Shown: positions 1 through 10,658, numbered from the stretch's first letter. The stretch is 64,000 bases of DNA from an uncultured virus (IMG/VR IMGVR_UViG_3300020531_000001) (IMGVR_UViG_3300020531_000001:62001-126000), one strand, 5' to 3'. Notes: generated by a model not told the origin, from the letters alone. Translations and numbers: made by a program.

Positions 1-77
1 ATCTTTATTACCATCTGATCATTGTTAAAGGTCTTGGTGCAGCATTTACTCCTGGTACAGTTTCCACATACTTATAA
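1..77 (+). CDS. 3' end of probable major capsid protein (T4 gp23-like), partial
   Basis: Frame from base 3 reads LYYHLIIVKGLGAAFTPGTVSTYL*, resembling gp23-family C-termini (YY..I.VK.L); followed by a strong terminator. Confidence 0.6.
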   Translation, partial: LYYHLIIVKGLGAAFTPGTVSTYL

Positions 78-115
78 TGTGAACTGACTGAAGTAAGTAC
101 TTCAAAAAGTCTATC

Positions 116-150
116 AAACCATGGGGGCCGAAGACCCCATGGTTTCTTTT
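116..150 (+). terminator. Intrinsic terminator
   Basis: AAACCATGGGG-gccgaaga-CCCCATGGTTT hairpin followed by T-run. Confidence 0.85.
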
Positions 151-199
151 TATATATTTAATAATTGACAATATATTTGGATGTAATATAAATAATTAT

Positions 200-1750
200 A
201 TGGATATAAAAACTATCATTCAAAAAGAATCTGATGAAAAGTACAATGGATCTTTTAGATTTTTCAAAGAACAAAACTTAAAAAAGTTGGTAAGTGAAAA
301 GGGATTTAAATATATCAAATCTAAAATTTCTGAAGATTTACATTTTCCTATATCTTTAATGGTATATTGTTTTGTGAATGACATATACAAACATCCCACA
401 TGTGTCTGCGGAAATAAACAAAAATTCAACACTGCTAAAAAAGAATTTTCAAAATATTGTTCTAATAAATGTAGATATGAAAATTTTTCAGATATTATAT
501 CTGTTAGACAGCAAACAAATTTAAAAAAGTACGGATCTACTAATGTATTAGCCAGTGAATATGGTAAGAAAAAAATATTAGAAACTAACTTATCAAAATA
601 CGGTGTTTCTAATTACACAAAAACTAAAGAATTTAAAGAAAAAGTTAAAGGTAAAAGTAATTTAACTTCCGATGGTAAGAAAATGTTAATTGAAAAAATA
701 AAAAGAAAACATTACGATTCCATTTTTACAAAGTATACAAATTTTATTCCATTGTTTAAATTTGAAGAATATGATGGAGTAAAAGGATATAAAAAATATC
801 CATGGTTTTGTAAAACATGTAACTCTAATTTTATATCATCTTTTGATAATGGTTGTGCTCCTATATGTGATAATTGCAAACCTAAAGGAACAGATTTAGA
901 AATATTCATTAAGAAGTTTTTGGATAAATATAAAATTGAATATATATTCAGATATAGAAAATTAGAATCTGGAAGAGAAATTGATTTTTACATACCTTCT
1001 AAGAATTTAGGAATAGAAACCAGCGGATTATATTGGCATTCAACTGCAAATAAAACATATTCAAAAAATGATCATATTTCTAAATTAGAAGAATGTGAAC
1101 ATCAAGGAATAAATTTAATAAATATTTTCGCTGATGAAATTTATAACAAACCTAAAATTGTAATTAATAGATTAAAAAGTAAATTAAGTCTTGTAAAAAG
1201 AAAAATACCAGCCAGAAAATGTCAAGTTGGAAAAATTAGTAATATTCAATGTGAACATTTTTTAAAAAAATATCACATACAAGGAAGTATCAAAACAAAT
1301 ATTAAATATGGCTTGTTTTATAAAACTCGTTTAGTTGCAGTTATGACATTTAACAAAGGAAGATTAGCAACTGGTAACAAATCAATAAATGGAATTTTTG
1401 AGCTTGGTAGATATGCAACAATAGCCAATTTTAATATTGTTGGAGGTGCTGGTAAATTATTATCTTTTTTCAAAAATCAACACAGTCCAGAAAAAATTTA
1501 TTCATATGCAGATAGAAGATGGAGCAATGGTAATCTTTATAAAAAATTGAATTTTAAATTAGATAAAGCAACTATTCCTAATTACTGGTATGTGAAAGAT
1601 TTCAAAAACAGACTACATAGATTAAAATTTCAAAAAAATAATTTAAAACATTTTTTAAATTATGATGAACAAAAAACTGAAGAAATGATAATGAAAGAGT
1701 CTAAATTTTATAAAATATGGGATTGTGGATCTTTATTATTCATCTTATAA
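200..1750 (+). CDS. Free-standing homing endonuclease (Hef-like): Zn-binding Cys motifs, TNLxKYG repeats, Vsr/EDxHD-like nuclease, C-terminal GNAT-like domain
   Basis: CVCG...YCSNKC; QTNLKKYG/ETNLSKYG repeats; EIDFYIP..GIE..GLYWHS; FLKKYHIQG, ELGRY, SYADRRWS, KIWDCG; TATAAATA at 187-194. Confidence 0.8.
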   Translation: MDIKTIIQKESDEKYNGSFRFFKEQNLKKLVSEKGFKYIKSKISEDLHFPISLMVYCFVNDIYKHPTCVCGNKQKFNTAKKEFSKYCSNKCRYENFSDIISVRQQTNLKKYGSTNVLASEYGKKKILETNLSKYGVSNYTKTKEFKEKVKGKSNLTSDGKKMLIEKIKRKHYDSIFTKYTNFIPLFKFEEYDGVKGYKKYPWFCKTCNSNFISSFDNGCAPICDNCKPKGTDLEIFIKKFLDKYKIEYIFRYRKLESGREIDFYIPSKNLGIETSGLYWHSTANKTYSKNDHISKLEECEHQGINLINIFADEIYNKPKIVINRLKSKLSLVKRKIPARKCQVGKISNIQCEHFLKKYHIQGSIKTNIKYGLFYKTRLVAVMTFNKGRLATGNKSINGIFELGRYATIANFNIVGGAGKLLSFFKNQHSPEKIYSYADRRWSNGNLYKKLNFKLDKATIPNYWYVKDFKNRLHRLKFQKNNLKHFLNYDEQKTEEMIMKESKFYKIWDCGSLLFIL

Positions 1751-1784
1751 TATAAAAATTAAAAACAAATAACTAAATAATATT

Positions 1785-2162
1785 ATGGCTAGTTATACAT
1801 TCGACACGCAAATTTTATCAGCATCACAAGTGGGTATTGGAAATCCAATAGCTCCCGCCGATTCCTTTCCATTAACAGCGGTTGGTGTTGGAATCCTTGC
1901 TCTTTCTTCTACTCACCAAGGGCTCGCTTTTAACTCTCTTCCATTAAGTGCTCAAGTTGTTAGAACTACTGTCAGAGGCAGCGTTTTCAATATAAACAGC
2001 GCTTATCATAATAAGCCCATGGCTTTGATTGAATTTGATAATACTTATACCGTATTCACTTTCAATTCATCAGCTCCAACATCGCAAGTTCTTTTACTTT
2101 CTGGAACCAGAGATGTATCAACACCAGAGCATAGAAGAAAGTGGGTTTTGGGATATTATTAA
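1785..2162 (+). CDS. Hypothetical late (probably virion) protein
   Basis: TAAATA at 1774-1779; Ser/Thr/Ala-rich; terminator follows. Confidence 0.6.
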   Translation: MASYTFDTQILSASQVGIGNPIAPADSFPLTAVGVGILALSSTHQGLAFNSLPLSAQVVRTTVRGSVFNINSAYHNKPMALIEFDNTYTVFTFNSSAPTSQVLLLSGTRDVSTPEHRRKWVLGYY

Positions 2163-2188
2163 TACAATAAACATTCAAATTTAAATAT

Positions 2189-2219
2189 TAAACGCCAGAT
2201 TAATTTCTGGTGTTTTTTA
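2189..2219 (+). terminator. Intrinsic terminator
   Basis: AAACGCCAGA-ttaatt-TCTGGTGTTT plus T-run. Confidence 0.75.
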
Positions 2220-2241
2220 TTATATAGTTAAATAATAATAC

Positions 2242-2961
2242 ATGTTTATCGGAGGTTCAGGAAGCGGTAATGAATTTAGTAAAAACGATCAAGGTTTTTA
2301 TAGAGGAATTGTTGTTAAAAACAACGATCCCCTTCGTTTAAATAGAATTAAAATTTACATTTCCGAATTATCAAACCAGCCTTTCGAAGAGTGGTTTGAT
2401 TCATATGATGAAATTGAAGTAAAAACACCTGGTGAAAATAATACAGATGACAAATGGTCAGATGTTAATATTTTTGAAGAAATATCAAAAAACATTCCAT
2501 GGGCTGAACCTTGTTATCCAATTATAGGAGAAAGTGGAAACAGTAGATATTATAAAGATGGTAAAATAGTAACCATATCTGATTGTAATTATCTTGAAGG
2601 ATTTGAAGTTATAAATGATGAGCCTCCATCTTTAGAAAAAGGATCATTTGCGCCATCATTTATATATGAAAATGGCGGTACATATATTGGAGATGCTTTT
2701 TCTAATCCAACTGCTAATTTTTCAGCACAATGCAATCCTTATAGTTTTTTATATAAACCATCATCACACACAAACAAAGCAAAGGGCGTTTTTGGTATTC
2801 CAGAAGTAGGTTCTAAAGTTTGGGTATTCCATTGGCAAGGAGATTTCAATTTCCCTGTTTATTTTGGAACTATGAAAGATTATAGAGAACTCACATTAAT
2901 CAATGATACTGATAATACAACAAAAATGAGCCCATCATATCCTGTTGATTTTGAAAATTAA
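2242..2961 (+). CDS. Baseplate hub protein, gp5/VgrG N-terminal OB-fold
   Basis: YRGIVVKNNDPLRLNRIKI, IPWAEP, GIPEVGSKVWVF...FPVYFG are gp5 OB-domain motifs. Confidence 0.8.
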   Translation: MFIGGSGSGNEFSKNDQGFYRGIVVKNNDPLRLNRIKIYISELSNQPFEEWFDSYDEIEVKTPGENNTDDKWSDVNIFEEISKNIPWAEPCYPIIGESGNSRYYKDGKIVTISDCNYLEGFEVINDEPPSLEKGSFAPSFIYENGGTYIGDAFSNPTANFSAQCNPYSFLYKPSSHTNKAKGVFGIPEVGSKVWVFHWQGDFNFPVYFGTMKDYRELTLINDTDNTTKMSPSYPVDFEN

Positions 2962-2977
2962 ACCTTAAATAATTCAA

Positions 2978-4573
2978 GTGTCTTTAAGATATAAAAATAG
3001 AACAATTATAAATCAAAGGGGGGGTTCGATAGATATTGATAACTCTACCGAAAAAGAAAAAATACAAATCTCTCATAGAAGCGGAAGTAATTTAAATTTT
3101 ACAAATATAGTTACAAGCGAATTAGCTTCTAATAATAAACAATTAATTGTAATAAACGATAATTATAAAACTGTAGGTGGTACAGATTCAGAATATGTAG
3201 TAAAAGACAAAATAGAAAGAGTTGGAGAAAATTCATATTCATTTAAAGGAACTTATGGAGATTCAGAAATAGACGCATTTAAACAATGGAAAGCTGCATA
3301 TAAAACAATAGCAAATGCTAATTCCAGATTTAAAATTAATAGAGGCGGCGCAAGCTTTCCAAACGGTCCAACTACACCAACAAGTGGAACTAGATCTTCA
3401 AATCCAACATTAAATCAAACTATCGTTCCAGTTGAAAATAATTTCGGAGGATACATTAAAACACCTATTAGAAATGCATCAACAGATGAAGTTGTTGATT
3501 ATGTTCCTATGCCATATAGGGACACAGAACCAGCAACTCCGAAAGATGTAACCACATCTGATGTCGATTTGGCTGCGGGTGTTAATGGATCTGCTGCTCC
3601 TGGTGTTTTAGAATTTGGATCTTCTAATTCAGCAGCTACCGAAGACGGATCTTGGACACCCAACACGCAGTCTACTAATATTGGAAACTCTATAAAAAAT
3701 TTACAAGATAGTGCTTTAAACGCTATAGAAGCACAAATGGGAAATGGTGGTGATGATATTTCATTCGTTAAAAGAAATAAATCAGATACCGTTGGTGCTA
3801 TTTTCAATGATTATCCATCTATAAGAATAGATACCAAAGGAAGAAGTCAACCAATAGAAGTTGTAGTATCAGCATCAGGCGCTTTCAAAAATCACGATTA
3901 TGTACCAATTGTTGAAGATATTGATAATTCTTCAACATTTCCGTGTGGAAATGAAAATAAAACAGTGGGAAATAAATATAATTTAAATGTAGGATCGGGA
4001 GGAATTAATTTAAAATCCACGGGCTCTATTGAATTAGGAGGTAGTAATTTAAAAATGGGATTCCAAAAAGTTAATATAAGTGCTCTTCATGGTATACACT
4101 TACATTCAGAAAGCGTTGTTGAATTAGTATCATTAAAATCTATATCTTTAAGAACAAACAGACAGGTTTATATAGAAAGTTCATTAGGTGTTAAAAATAA
4201 TACAATAATTGGTGGAGGTCTTTATACAGAAGGTGAAGTTTATCTACATCATATAACTGCACCAATCGAAATTCAACAAACTTTAGATACTACATTGTAC
4301 GGTAGATTCAATTGCACAGCCCCAAGAACACTTCCAATCGGTGAAGTATTTGATCCAGAATGGGGATGGTTAACTGTTTATGCATTGGCTGATGATAATT
4401 TGATTATAAATTATCCACACAGTCATCATTTCCCAAATCTTCCTTTGAGATTAACAAGTTCAAATTCAGATGTTCGTAAATTTGCAGCTAATGAGAGAAT
4501 AAACACACACGGTGCTTTTTCTACAGCATTAGCTCAAAAACACGAAAGAAGAAGGGCTGAAGTTGCTCCTTAA
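2978..4573 (+). CDS. Probable baseplate central spike (gp5 C-terminal-like beta-helix)
   Basis: EKIQISHRSGS at N-terminus, VG-spaced beta repeats, C-terminal HSHH metal-binding tip; follows the gp5-OB gene; own TAAATA at 2966. Confidence 0.6.
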   Translation: MSLRYKNRTIINQRGGSIDIDNSTEKEKIQISHRSGSNLNFTNIVTSELASNNKQLIVINDNYKTVGGTDSEYVVKDKIERVGENSYSFKGTYGDSEIDAFKQWKAAYKTIANANSRFKINRGGASFPNGPTTPTSGTRSSNPTLNQTIVPVENNFGGYIKTPIRNASTDEVVDYVPMPYRDTEPATPKDVTTSDVDLAAGVNGSAAPGVLEFGSSNSAATEDGSWTPNTQSTNIGNSIKNLQDSALNAIEAQMGNGGDDISFVKRNKSDTVGAIFNDYPSIRIDTKGRSQPIEVVVSASGAFKNHDYVPIVEDIDNSSTFPCGNENKTVGNKYNLNVGSGGINLKSTGSIELGGSNLKMGFQKVNISALHGIHLHSESVVELVSLKSISLRTNRQVYIESSLGVKNNTIIGGGLYTEGEVYLHHITAPIEIQQTLDTTLYGRFNCTAPRTLPIGEVFDPEWGWLTVYALADDNLIINYPHSHHFPNLPLRLTSSNSDVRKFAANERINTHGAFSTALAQKHERRRAEVAP

Positions 4574-5245
4574 TCAAACAATCTCATCGATTATTCCAAA
4601 TTCTAAACATTCATCAGCGGTTAGCCAAATATCTTTCTTCAAAAGATCATCCAATTTTTTCATTGGAATTTTAGTAGTTTCTTTATAAAAAGACTTGATA
4701 AGTTTCATTAATGTTGTGGAGTTATAAAATTCATCCTCCATTTCACTAAATTTTCCATACATTCCACCACTTAATTGATGAATTAAAAGATGTGCATGTT
4801 TTCCCATAAATCTTTTATTACCAATTGCTGAAATTAAAGTACCAGCACTTGCTACTGAACCATCAACATGCGTATATACTTTAGATTTCATTTTTCTAAT
4901 TATATCAACAGTTGAAAATGCTGGGAAGATTTCTCCACCGTATGTGCATAAATGCAAGTGGCAAACTGGATCAAAACAATCACCCAATGCATTTTTGGTA
5001 TTTTGTAATTTAACATCTATTTCCAGCAAAAGCTTATTCAATTCCAAAATTGAATTGGCATCTATATCAGAATAGAATAATATTTTATTTTCTAAAACTT
5101 TAATATTAGACTGAACTGACCATCCTTCATTTGCAGATGGTGTTTGAAGGTTTAAAAATATTGGTTGATTTTGAGGAGCTTCCTCCTCTTTGTTTGCTTT
5201 ATATACCCAGTTTTTCATATGTTTAATTTGTTTATTATGATTCAC
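4574..5245 (-). CDS. clpP: ClpP-family serine protease
   Basis: TYGGEI, GSVASAGTLI (Ser), LLIHQL (His), KDIWLTADECLEFGIIDEI (Asp). Confidence 0.85.
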   Translation of the reverse strand: MNHNKQIKHMKNWVYKANKEEEAPQNQPIFLNLQTPSANEGWSVQSNIKVLENKILFYSDIDANSILELNKLLLEIDVKLQNTKNALGDCFDPVCHLHLCTYGGEIFPAFSTVDIIRKMKSKVYTHVDGSVASAGTLISAIGNKRFMGKHAHLLIHQLSGGMYGKFSEMEDEFYNSTTLMKLIKSFYKETTKIPMKKLDDLLKKDIWLTADECLEFGIIDEIV

Positions 5246-6884
5246 AAGTGGAACAAGTTAAAATTGATCTTGCTAATTCTTGAGACGGATTTGAACTTCT
5301 TTGATAATATAATCCTTTTATACCTTGCTCCCATGCAAAAATCATAAGCTCGTTGACTTCTTTGGGTTTTGCGTTAGGAGGTATCATCAAGTTAAGAGAT
5401 TGACCTTGATCAATAAATTTTTGTCTTTGTGCAGCTTGTATGATAATTTCCTTTTGAGAAATTTCACCAAACGTTTTAAAAACATCTTTTTCTTCTTGAG
5501 AAAGAAAATCTAAATGTTGAACTGATCCACCTTTGATAAGAATAGATTTCCAAGTTTCTTGATCGTTCTTTTCTTTACTCTTTAAAAGATTTTCCAAATG
5601 TGGATTTTTAAAAGTAAATTTACCTTTAGCAAGATCTTTAACAAAATAATTACTATTCAATGGTTCTATTGATGGAGAAGATTGACCTAAAATAAACGAA
5701 CTGCTTGTAGTTGGTGCAACTGCTAGTGTTGTTGTATTTCTTCTATTGTATCCTTCTAAAATAGGAGCCTCGCCAAAAATTCCAGCAAGCTCTTCAGAAG
5801 CTTTATCAGAATGCTTACGAATATGTTTCCAAATTTCCATATTCAATATTTTTGCATCCATTGATTCAAATGCCATCATTTTGGATTGTAATAAAGAATG
5901 CCATCCAAGAACTCCAACACCAAGCGCTCTTTGATTAATTGCGAATCGTCTAGGAGCTTCCATGAATTTAATACCATCTGTTTTTTCAATAAATTCTGTC
6001 ATTACAGCATCCAAGAAATAAACCAAAACTTCAACAGCATCAGTATCTTTCCATTCTTCCCATCTTTCAAGATTTAGTGAAGATAAATCACAAACGAAAG
6101 ATTCATCTTCAGAGTTAGAAAGCATTATTTCATTACAAAGATTAGAATTATTAATTTTTAATCCTTTATCTTTATAAACTTGTGGAGCTTGGTTATTAGC
6201 ATTATCAGAAAAGAAAATATAAGGATATCCAGATTCAAATCTCTTTTTAATTACCTGTCCCCATATTTTACGAGCCTGTTTATCTCCATCGATCATTTTT
6301 TTCATCCATTCATCTGAAACACAAACGCCGACAGACATTTCTTGAATTTCATGACCTTCTCCTCTAATCTTTAAAAATTCTTCAATATCTGGATGATCAA
6401 CAGGAAGATAAGCAGCAAATGAACCACGTCGAACATTACCCTGCGACACAACGTTCATAAGCTTATCATAAAGCTCCATAAAATGAATAGAACCAGTAGA
6501 ACTACCACCTGATGATATCGCGGCTCCACGACCTCTCAAGGCTCCAAAATAAGCACTTGTCCCGCCACCACCTTTGGTCATTTGACCGACTTCGGCAACT
6601 TTTTCTAAAATAGAAACCATGGTGTCTCCTATATAACTTCCAAAACATGAAATAGGCAATCCTCGTTCGCGTCCAAAATTACTCCAAATTGGACTTGATA
6701 AAGAATAATATCCTTTAGACATATAATCATAGAATTTATCTGAAAATCCTTCTATACCTAATAGGCTTTGCGCTCTATCAGCTATATCTTGAATTCTTTG
6801 TTCTGGTGTTTCGCCTTCTATTAAATATCCTCTTTCGAGAAATTTCCTTGAGTCTTTATTGAGCCAATATATATTCTGTGTCAT
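5235..6884 (-). CDS. nrdA: Class I ribonucleotide reductase alpha subunit (no ATP cone)
   Basis: LPISCF, SQGNVRRG, NSNLCNEI, CDLSSLN, APTTSSS, IDQGQSLN, GLYY, C-terminal CSTCES. Confidence 0.97.
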   Translation of the reverse strand: MTQNIYWLNKDSRKFLERGYLIEGETPEQRIQDIADRAQSLLGIEGFSDKFYDYMSKGYYSLSSPIWSNFGRERGLPISCFGSYIGDTMVSILEKVAEVGQMTKGGGGTSAYFGALRGRGAAISSGGSSTGSIHFMELYDKLMNVVSQGNVRRGSFAAYLPVDHPDIEEFLKIRGEGHEIQEMSVGVCVSDEWMKKMIDGDKQARKIWGQVIKKRFESGYPYIFFSDNANNQAPQVYKDKGLKINNSNLCNEIMLSNSEDESFVCDLSSLNLERWEEWKDTDAVEVLVYFLDAVMTEFIEKTDGIKFMEAPRRFAINQRALGVGVLGWHSLLQSKMMAFESMDAKILNMEIWKHIRKHSDKASEELAGIFGEAPILEGYNRRNTTTLAVAPTTSSSFILGQSSPSIEPLNSNYFVKDLAKGKFTFKNPHLENLLKSKEKNDQETWKSILIKGGSVQHLDFLSQEEKDVFKTFGEISQKEIIIQAAQRQKFIDQGQSLNLMIPPNAKPKEVNELMIFAWEQGIKGLYYQRSSNPSQELARSILTCSTCES

Positions 6885-6887
6885 AAA

Positions 6888-7862
6888 TTAAAATAAGTCG
6901 TCTTCTGAAAATGATTGATTTTTCTTTGAATATTCTGTTGGTCTAGAATGGAAAAAATCAGTCATGTTATTGCCAAGTAATTCTTCATCAAACCAAGTGG
7001 TAGAAGATACTAATTCTTCATCGATTTCAAACACTTTTGAAAATCCTATTTGACTTAATGATTCGTTGATTCGGTTTTTGATGAATTCTTTAAGAATATT
7101 AGCAGACAATCCTGGTTCGTCAATACCATTAACCATCCAATCTACAATTTTAGCTTCGGATTTGAATGCTTCTTGAGCTTCCATTAAAATTCTTTCTTCT
7201 AATTCTTGATCAAACAATTCAGGCAATTCCTCACGAATAGTGTTAATAATTTGTATACCAACCAAAGCATGAATATTTTCTTCATTACGAGTATACTTAA
7301 CTTGTTGATCTGTATCTTTCAACACGTTTTTAAATCTTGCAAACCAATTGATAACATAGAATTGTGAAAATAAAGAAACATTTTCAACGAACAGTGTGAA
7401 TAAAATCAATGCGTATAAATATTGTTTCTTTGAATCTTTATAAAATTTATGAGTATATTTTTTTAAATATTTCACTCTGCCTTGAATCCACTCAAGTTTA
7501 AGATTTTCTTCAAAAATATCCTCTAATTCTAAAACGCTCAACAAACGCTCATATGCACTGTTGTGAATAACTTCCACATTAGCCATAACATATCCAAGAT
7601 CTTGAAGAGATGGATGTGGGAGATTATCTCCCAATTTGGCCCAAAATGTTTTAACAGCAACTTCGATTTGTCCAATTGCAGAAAGAGTTCTTATGATGAT
7701 TTCTCTTTCTTGCTCTGTCAATTCTACTTTAAACTGTTGTACATCAGATTTAAAATTAAACTCTTTATCAGTCCAAAAGCCATTTTGCATTGCTTCAATA
7801 AATTGTTCTGTCCACGGATATCTGTTTGGTTTTCTGCTTATTTGCTCTTGGAATATGTTCAT
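6888..7862 (-). CDS. nrdB: Ribonucleotide reductase beta subunit
   Basis: EVIHNSAY, ENVSLFSQF, EENIH, DFFHSRPTEY; start MNIFQEQ preceded by GAGGA and TTGACA-N16-TACATT. Confidence 0.95.
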   Translation of the reverse strand: MNIFQEQISRKPNRYPWTEQFIEAMQNGFWTDKEFNFKSDVQQFKVELTEQEREIIIRTLSAIGQIEVAVKTFWAKLGDNLPHPSLQDLGYVMANVEVIHNSAYERLLSVLELEDIFEENLKLEWIQGRVKYLKKYTHKFYKDSKKQYLYALILFTLFVENVSLFSQFYVINWFARFKNVLKDTDQQVKYTRNEENIHALVGIQIINTIREELPELFDQELEERILMEAQEAFKSEAKIVDWMVNGIDEPGLSANILKEFIKNRINESLSQIGFSKVFEIDEELVSSTTWFDEELLGNNMTDFFHSRPTEYSKKNQSFSEDDLF

Positions 7863-8006
7863 TTTTGTTTCCTCTAAATTCGTTTTCAATAATGTATCGT
7901 CATTCATAAAATTGTCAATTAAGCTTTTTGTTTGATTATTTAGTTGGCTATTTTTGTCTTTCAAAAAACATTTTTTATCATTCCGTTTAATTAAATAAAG
8001 ATAATC

Positions 8007-8339
8007 ATGAGTGATAAATGGATTGAAGAATTAAGCTTACTTTATGAATCAGATCCCAGACAAATAACACCACATAGAGCATCTGGAATGGGTCCAGAAG
8101 CATACGATCCTAGAAACTCATGGAGTGGTAAAGTTGGAATTTCTGATGGCACAGCAAGCACTAGAGCGGCTGCTACGCCATATCAACAATCTTTTATTGG
8201 AGAGATGGAAGAAGATGAAAATAAAATAATGTCTGCTATACAAAAAATAGAAGACCAATTTAATTCTAATTCTGATAAAGACAAAAGCGTTAGATATGCA
8301 TTGGGTCTTCTTAAAAAAGAATTAAAGCGCAAGCTTTAA
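8007..8339 (+). CDS. Hypothetical late protein with shared N-terminal leader (L..LYE)
   Basis: TAAATA at 7992; MSDKWIEELSLLYES. Confidence 0.6.
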   Translation: MSDKWIEELSLLYESDPRQITPHRASGMGPEAYDPRNSWSGKVGISDGTASTRAAATPYQQSFIGEMEEDENKIMSAIQKIEDQFNSNSDKDKSVRYALGLLKKELKRKL

Positions 8340-8344
8340 TAAAT

Positions 8345-10108
8345 TTATCTACTTACTTCTTCCCAATCCATAGAAGCAAACATACCAGAACCATTAGTGG
8401 TATCTGATGCAGCAACCAAAGTTAATTCAAAAGGAGTTTTTGTTAAATTGTTTCGTTCTAATTGAAACTTAAACAAAGCTTCTTTAAGAATATCCAAATT
8501 CGGAGAACCTTGATTAGAAGAATTTAAGAAGCCACTTGCTAAAATTCTTCCCCCCGCATAGCTTGTTCCTGTAATGTTGTATTGAACGGCACTATCAACT
8601 CCAGCATCAACCCAACTTCCCCCTGTTGTGACTCCGCTTGCTCTTACCTGCCAGTTATAGTTTATGCCATTTCCATCCCCAAGAATTGATAAAGCCGTTA
8701 AAATAATAATTGCATCAAGTCTGTCTGGAGTTGTTTTTAATCGAATTGAAATAATTGGATAAAACGTACCAGCTACTGCAAACGTTCTTGGTGCAGTTAT
8801 TGGGATAGATGCTGCTTGTTGTAATCCTCTTAATTCATAGCCACCTTCGGATATAACCGTACTACATACTTGCTTCAATTTACTAGGACCTGATGTAGCT
8901 GCTTTATTTTCTATTTCGTATCTTAAAGGTAATGACGCGGTGGTAATATATGTAGAGTCAATTAAGTTAGCGTGATGAAAGTAATGACATGGTACAAACT
9001 GACCATTAATAACAAACCCAGTTCTGACAGTACCTAACCCCAGCCATTCTATATCCATGAATAGGATTTGTGCTTTTGTAATATCAAGCGTGATTCCTGA
9101 TGGTCCTGAACCATCAAGCTTATCAACATTCCATCCTGATTGTGGTGTTCTTGTTGAAGTAACAGTACCAGTTACAAGGCTGCGTTCAACCATATACAAT
9201 GAACTATCATCTAGTTCTAAATATATACCGTTTTCAGCTCCATAATAACCAACACGCTGTCTTAGGTTGGTAGTAGAAGGACTAAAAGTAAAGGTACTCA
9301 TTATCTGTAACGATTTACCTGGTTGATAAGCAAACACTTTTGTTGTCTCTCTATATACTTTAGAGCCACTTAATGCATCTACCTTTAACTCTACCAGTCC
9401 TTGATTTTGATTAAACTGAGCAGATGCAGAGGTTGTAGTTGTACCACCTGTGAGAGTAGACCAAAGATTGTTATCGGCATATCTATGGGATGAATCAAAT
9501 AAAGTTAATGGAGAAGATATTCTTGTACGACCAAACGCATCAGACGCTAAGTTGTAATTTCCAGAATAGTTAATTAAAGGCGTAACGCTTATAGCAGTAA
9601 CTGGATTTGTAATTGTAACTGCTGTAACTGGATTAACTAAAGAAAAAGAACTAACTGGATTGTTAATTGTAACTGCTGTAACTGGATTAACTAGAGAGAA
9701 CGAACTAACTGTATTAAGAACCGTAACAGCAGTTATAGGATTACTAACAGTAATAGTACCGCTTATAGGAGTAATGCCTGTTGTTATAACTCGCACTGCA
9801 CCTACTTCAGATCCATCTACAGTAGCTGTACGGACTATTTGCGCATATACATCTGTTCCTGTGGTATGATCAACGATACCAACATTGCCAATATCAACAT
9901 TACTAGCTGATAAAATTAAATTGATATCTGACGCATTAACCAGGTGGGTTAATACTGCGTATTTAGGATATATTGTATTGTTATAACCATCACCGTAAGT
10001 GCCATTTGCAGAAGTTATTGCGGGAAATCTAGAATCACCTACAATTTCTACATATTTACCATAGTCTGCAGTTGCCTTATTGATTACAACATTGCTATTA
10101 ATAGCCAT
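8345..10108 (-). CDS. Probable virion structural/fibre protein with NPVTAVT repeats
   Basis: Start MAINS lies 5 nt after TAAATA; tandem NP(V/I)TAVT/NPVSSFS repeats; DAFGRTRISSPLTLFD starts a beta-rich C-terminal domain. Confidence 0.65.
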   Translation of the reverse strand: MAINSNVVINKATADYGKYVEIVGDSRFPAITSANGTYGDGYNNTIYPKYAVLTHLVNASDINLILSASNVDIGNVGIVDHTTGTDVYAQIVRTATVDGSEVGAVRVITTGITPISGTITVSNPITAVTVLNTVSSFSLVNPVTAVTINNPVSSFSLVNPVTAVTITNPVTAISVTPLINYSGNYNLASDAFGRTRISSPLTLFDSSHRYADNNLWSTLTGGTTTTSASAQFNQNQGLVELKVDALSGSKVYRETTKVFAYQPGKSLQIMSTFTFSPSTTNLRQRVGYYGAENGIYLELDDSSLYMVERSLVTGTVTSTRTPQSGWNVDKLDGSGPSGITLDITKAQILFMDIEWLGLGTVRTGFVINGQFVPCHYFHHANLIDSTYITTASLPLRYEIENKAATSGPSKLKQVCSTVISEGGYELRGLQQAASIPITAPRTFAVAGTFYPIISIRLKTTPDRLDAIIILTALSILGDGNGINYNWQVRASGVTTGGSWVDAGVDSAVQYNITGTSYAGGRILASGFLNSSNQGSPNLDILKEALFKFQLERNNLTKTPFELTLVAASDTTNGSGMFASMDWEEVSR

Positions 10109-10244
10109 ATTTATATTTATCAAAAAGTCGTACATCTTACATAATATTGACAAAAATAACAACGGTGTTTAAATATGTGCGACTTTCTGAAAAGAAATCA
10201 CAAGAAAAAGAGGAGCCTTGCTCCCCTCAACATTATAAAAAATT

Positions 10245-10658
10245 ATGAAAAACTTATTATTAATACTATCGTGTAGTATTTTGTTAATAAACAATTCTGC
10301 AAATGCATACACTGAAATTAAAAAATCAAATAATGAAAATTATTTCATGGCTAGAATAACCTTTTACACAGACTGTCCAAGATATGGTAAAAAAACAGCC
10401 AGTGGAAAAATTGCGAAAGAAGGATATACTGTAGCAGCAGAGAAAAAAATACCATTCGGAACGCTTTATAATATTCCAAGTTTGAAAAATATAATAAAAA
10501 CTGATGGGATATTTCAAGTTCAAGATCGAGGATCAGCAGTAGATAAAAGAACCGCTAGTAAAAATAAATATCCAGTTATTGATGTATACGTTTCTTCACA
10601 TGAAAAAATAAATATTTTGAAAAAAATAAAAAATAACATAGTTAAAGTTTATTATTAA
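10245..10658 (+). CDS. Secreted 3D-domain (MltA/RlpA-like) protein
   Basis: Signal peptide; ITFY..KTASG, TVAA..IPFGT, VQDRGSAV, IDVYV. Confidence 0.8.
   Translation: MKNLLLILSCSILLINNSANAYTEIKKSNNENYFMARITFYTDCPRYGKKTASGKIAKEGYTVAAEKKIPFGTLYNIPSLKNIIKTDGIFQVQDRGSAVDKRTASKNKYPVIDVYVSSHEKINILKKIKNNIVKVYY

Noticed and set aside
4574..5245. ClpP as the prohead protease
   Set aside because: It lies in the nrdBA operon on the opposite strand to the head gene and has no late promoter
5235..7862. Intein or intron in nrdA/nrdB
   Set aside because: Both frames are continuous and compact with all motifs in order
10175..10240. Riboswitch upstream of the 3D-domain gene
   Set aside because: Only one short hairpin; too small, with no aptamer consensus recognised
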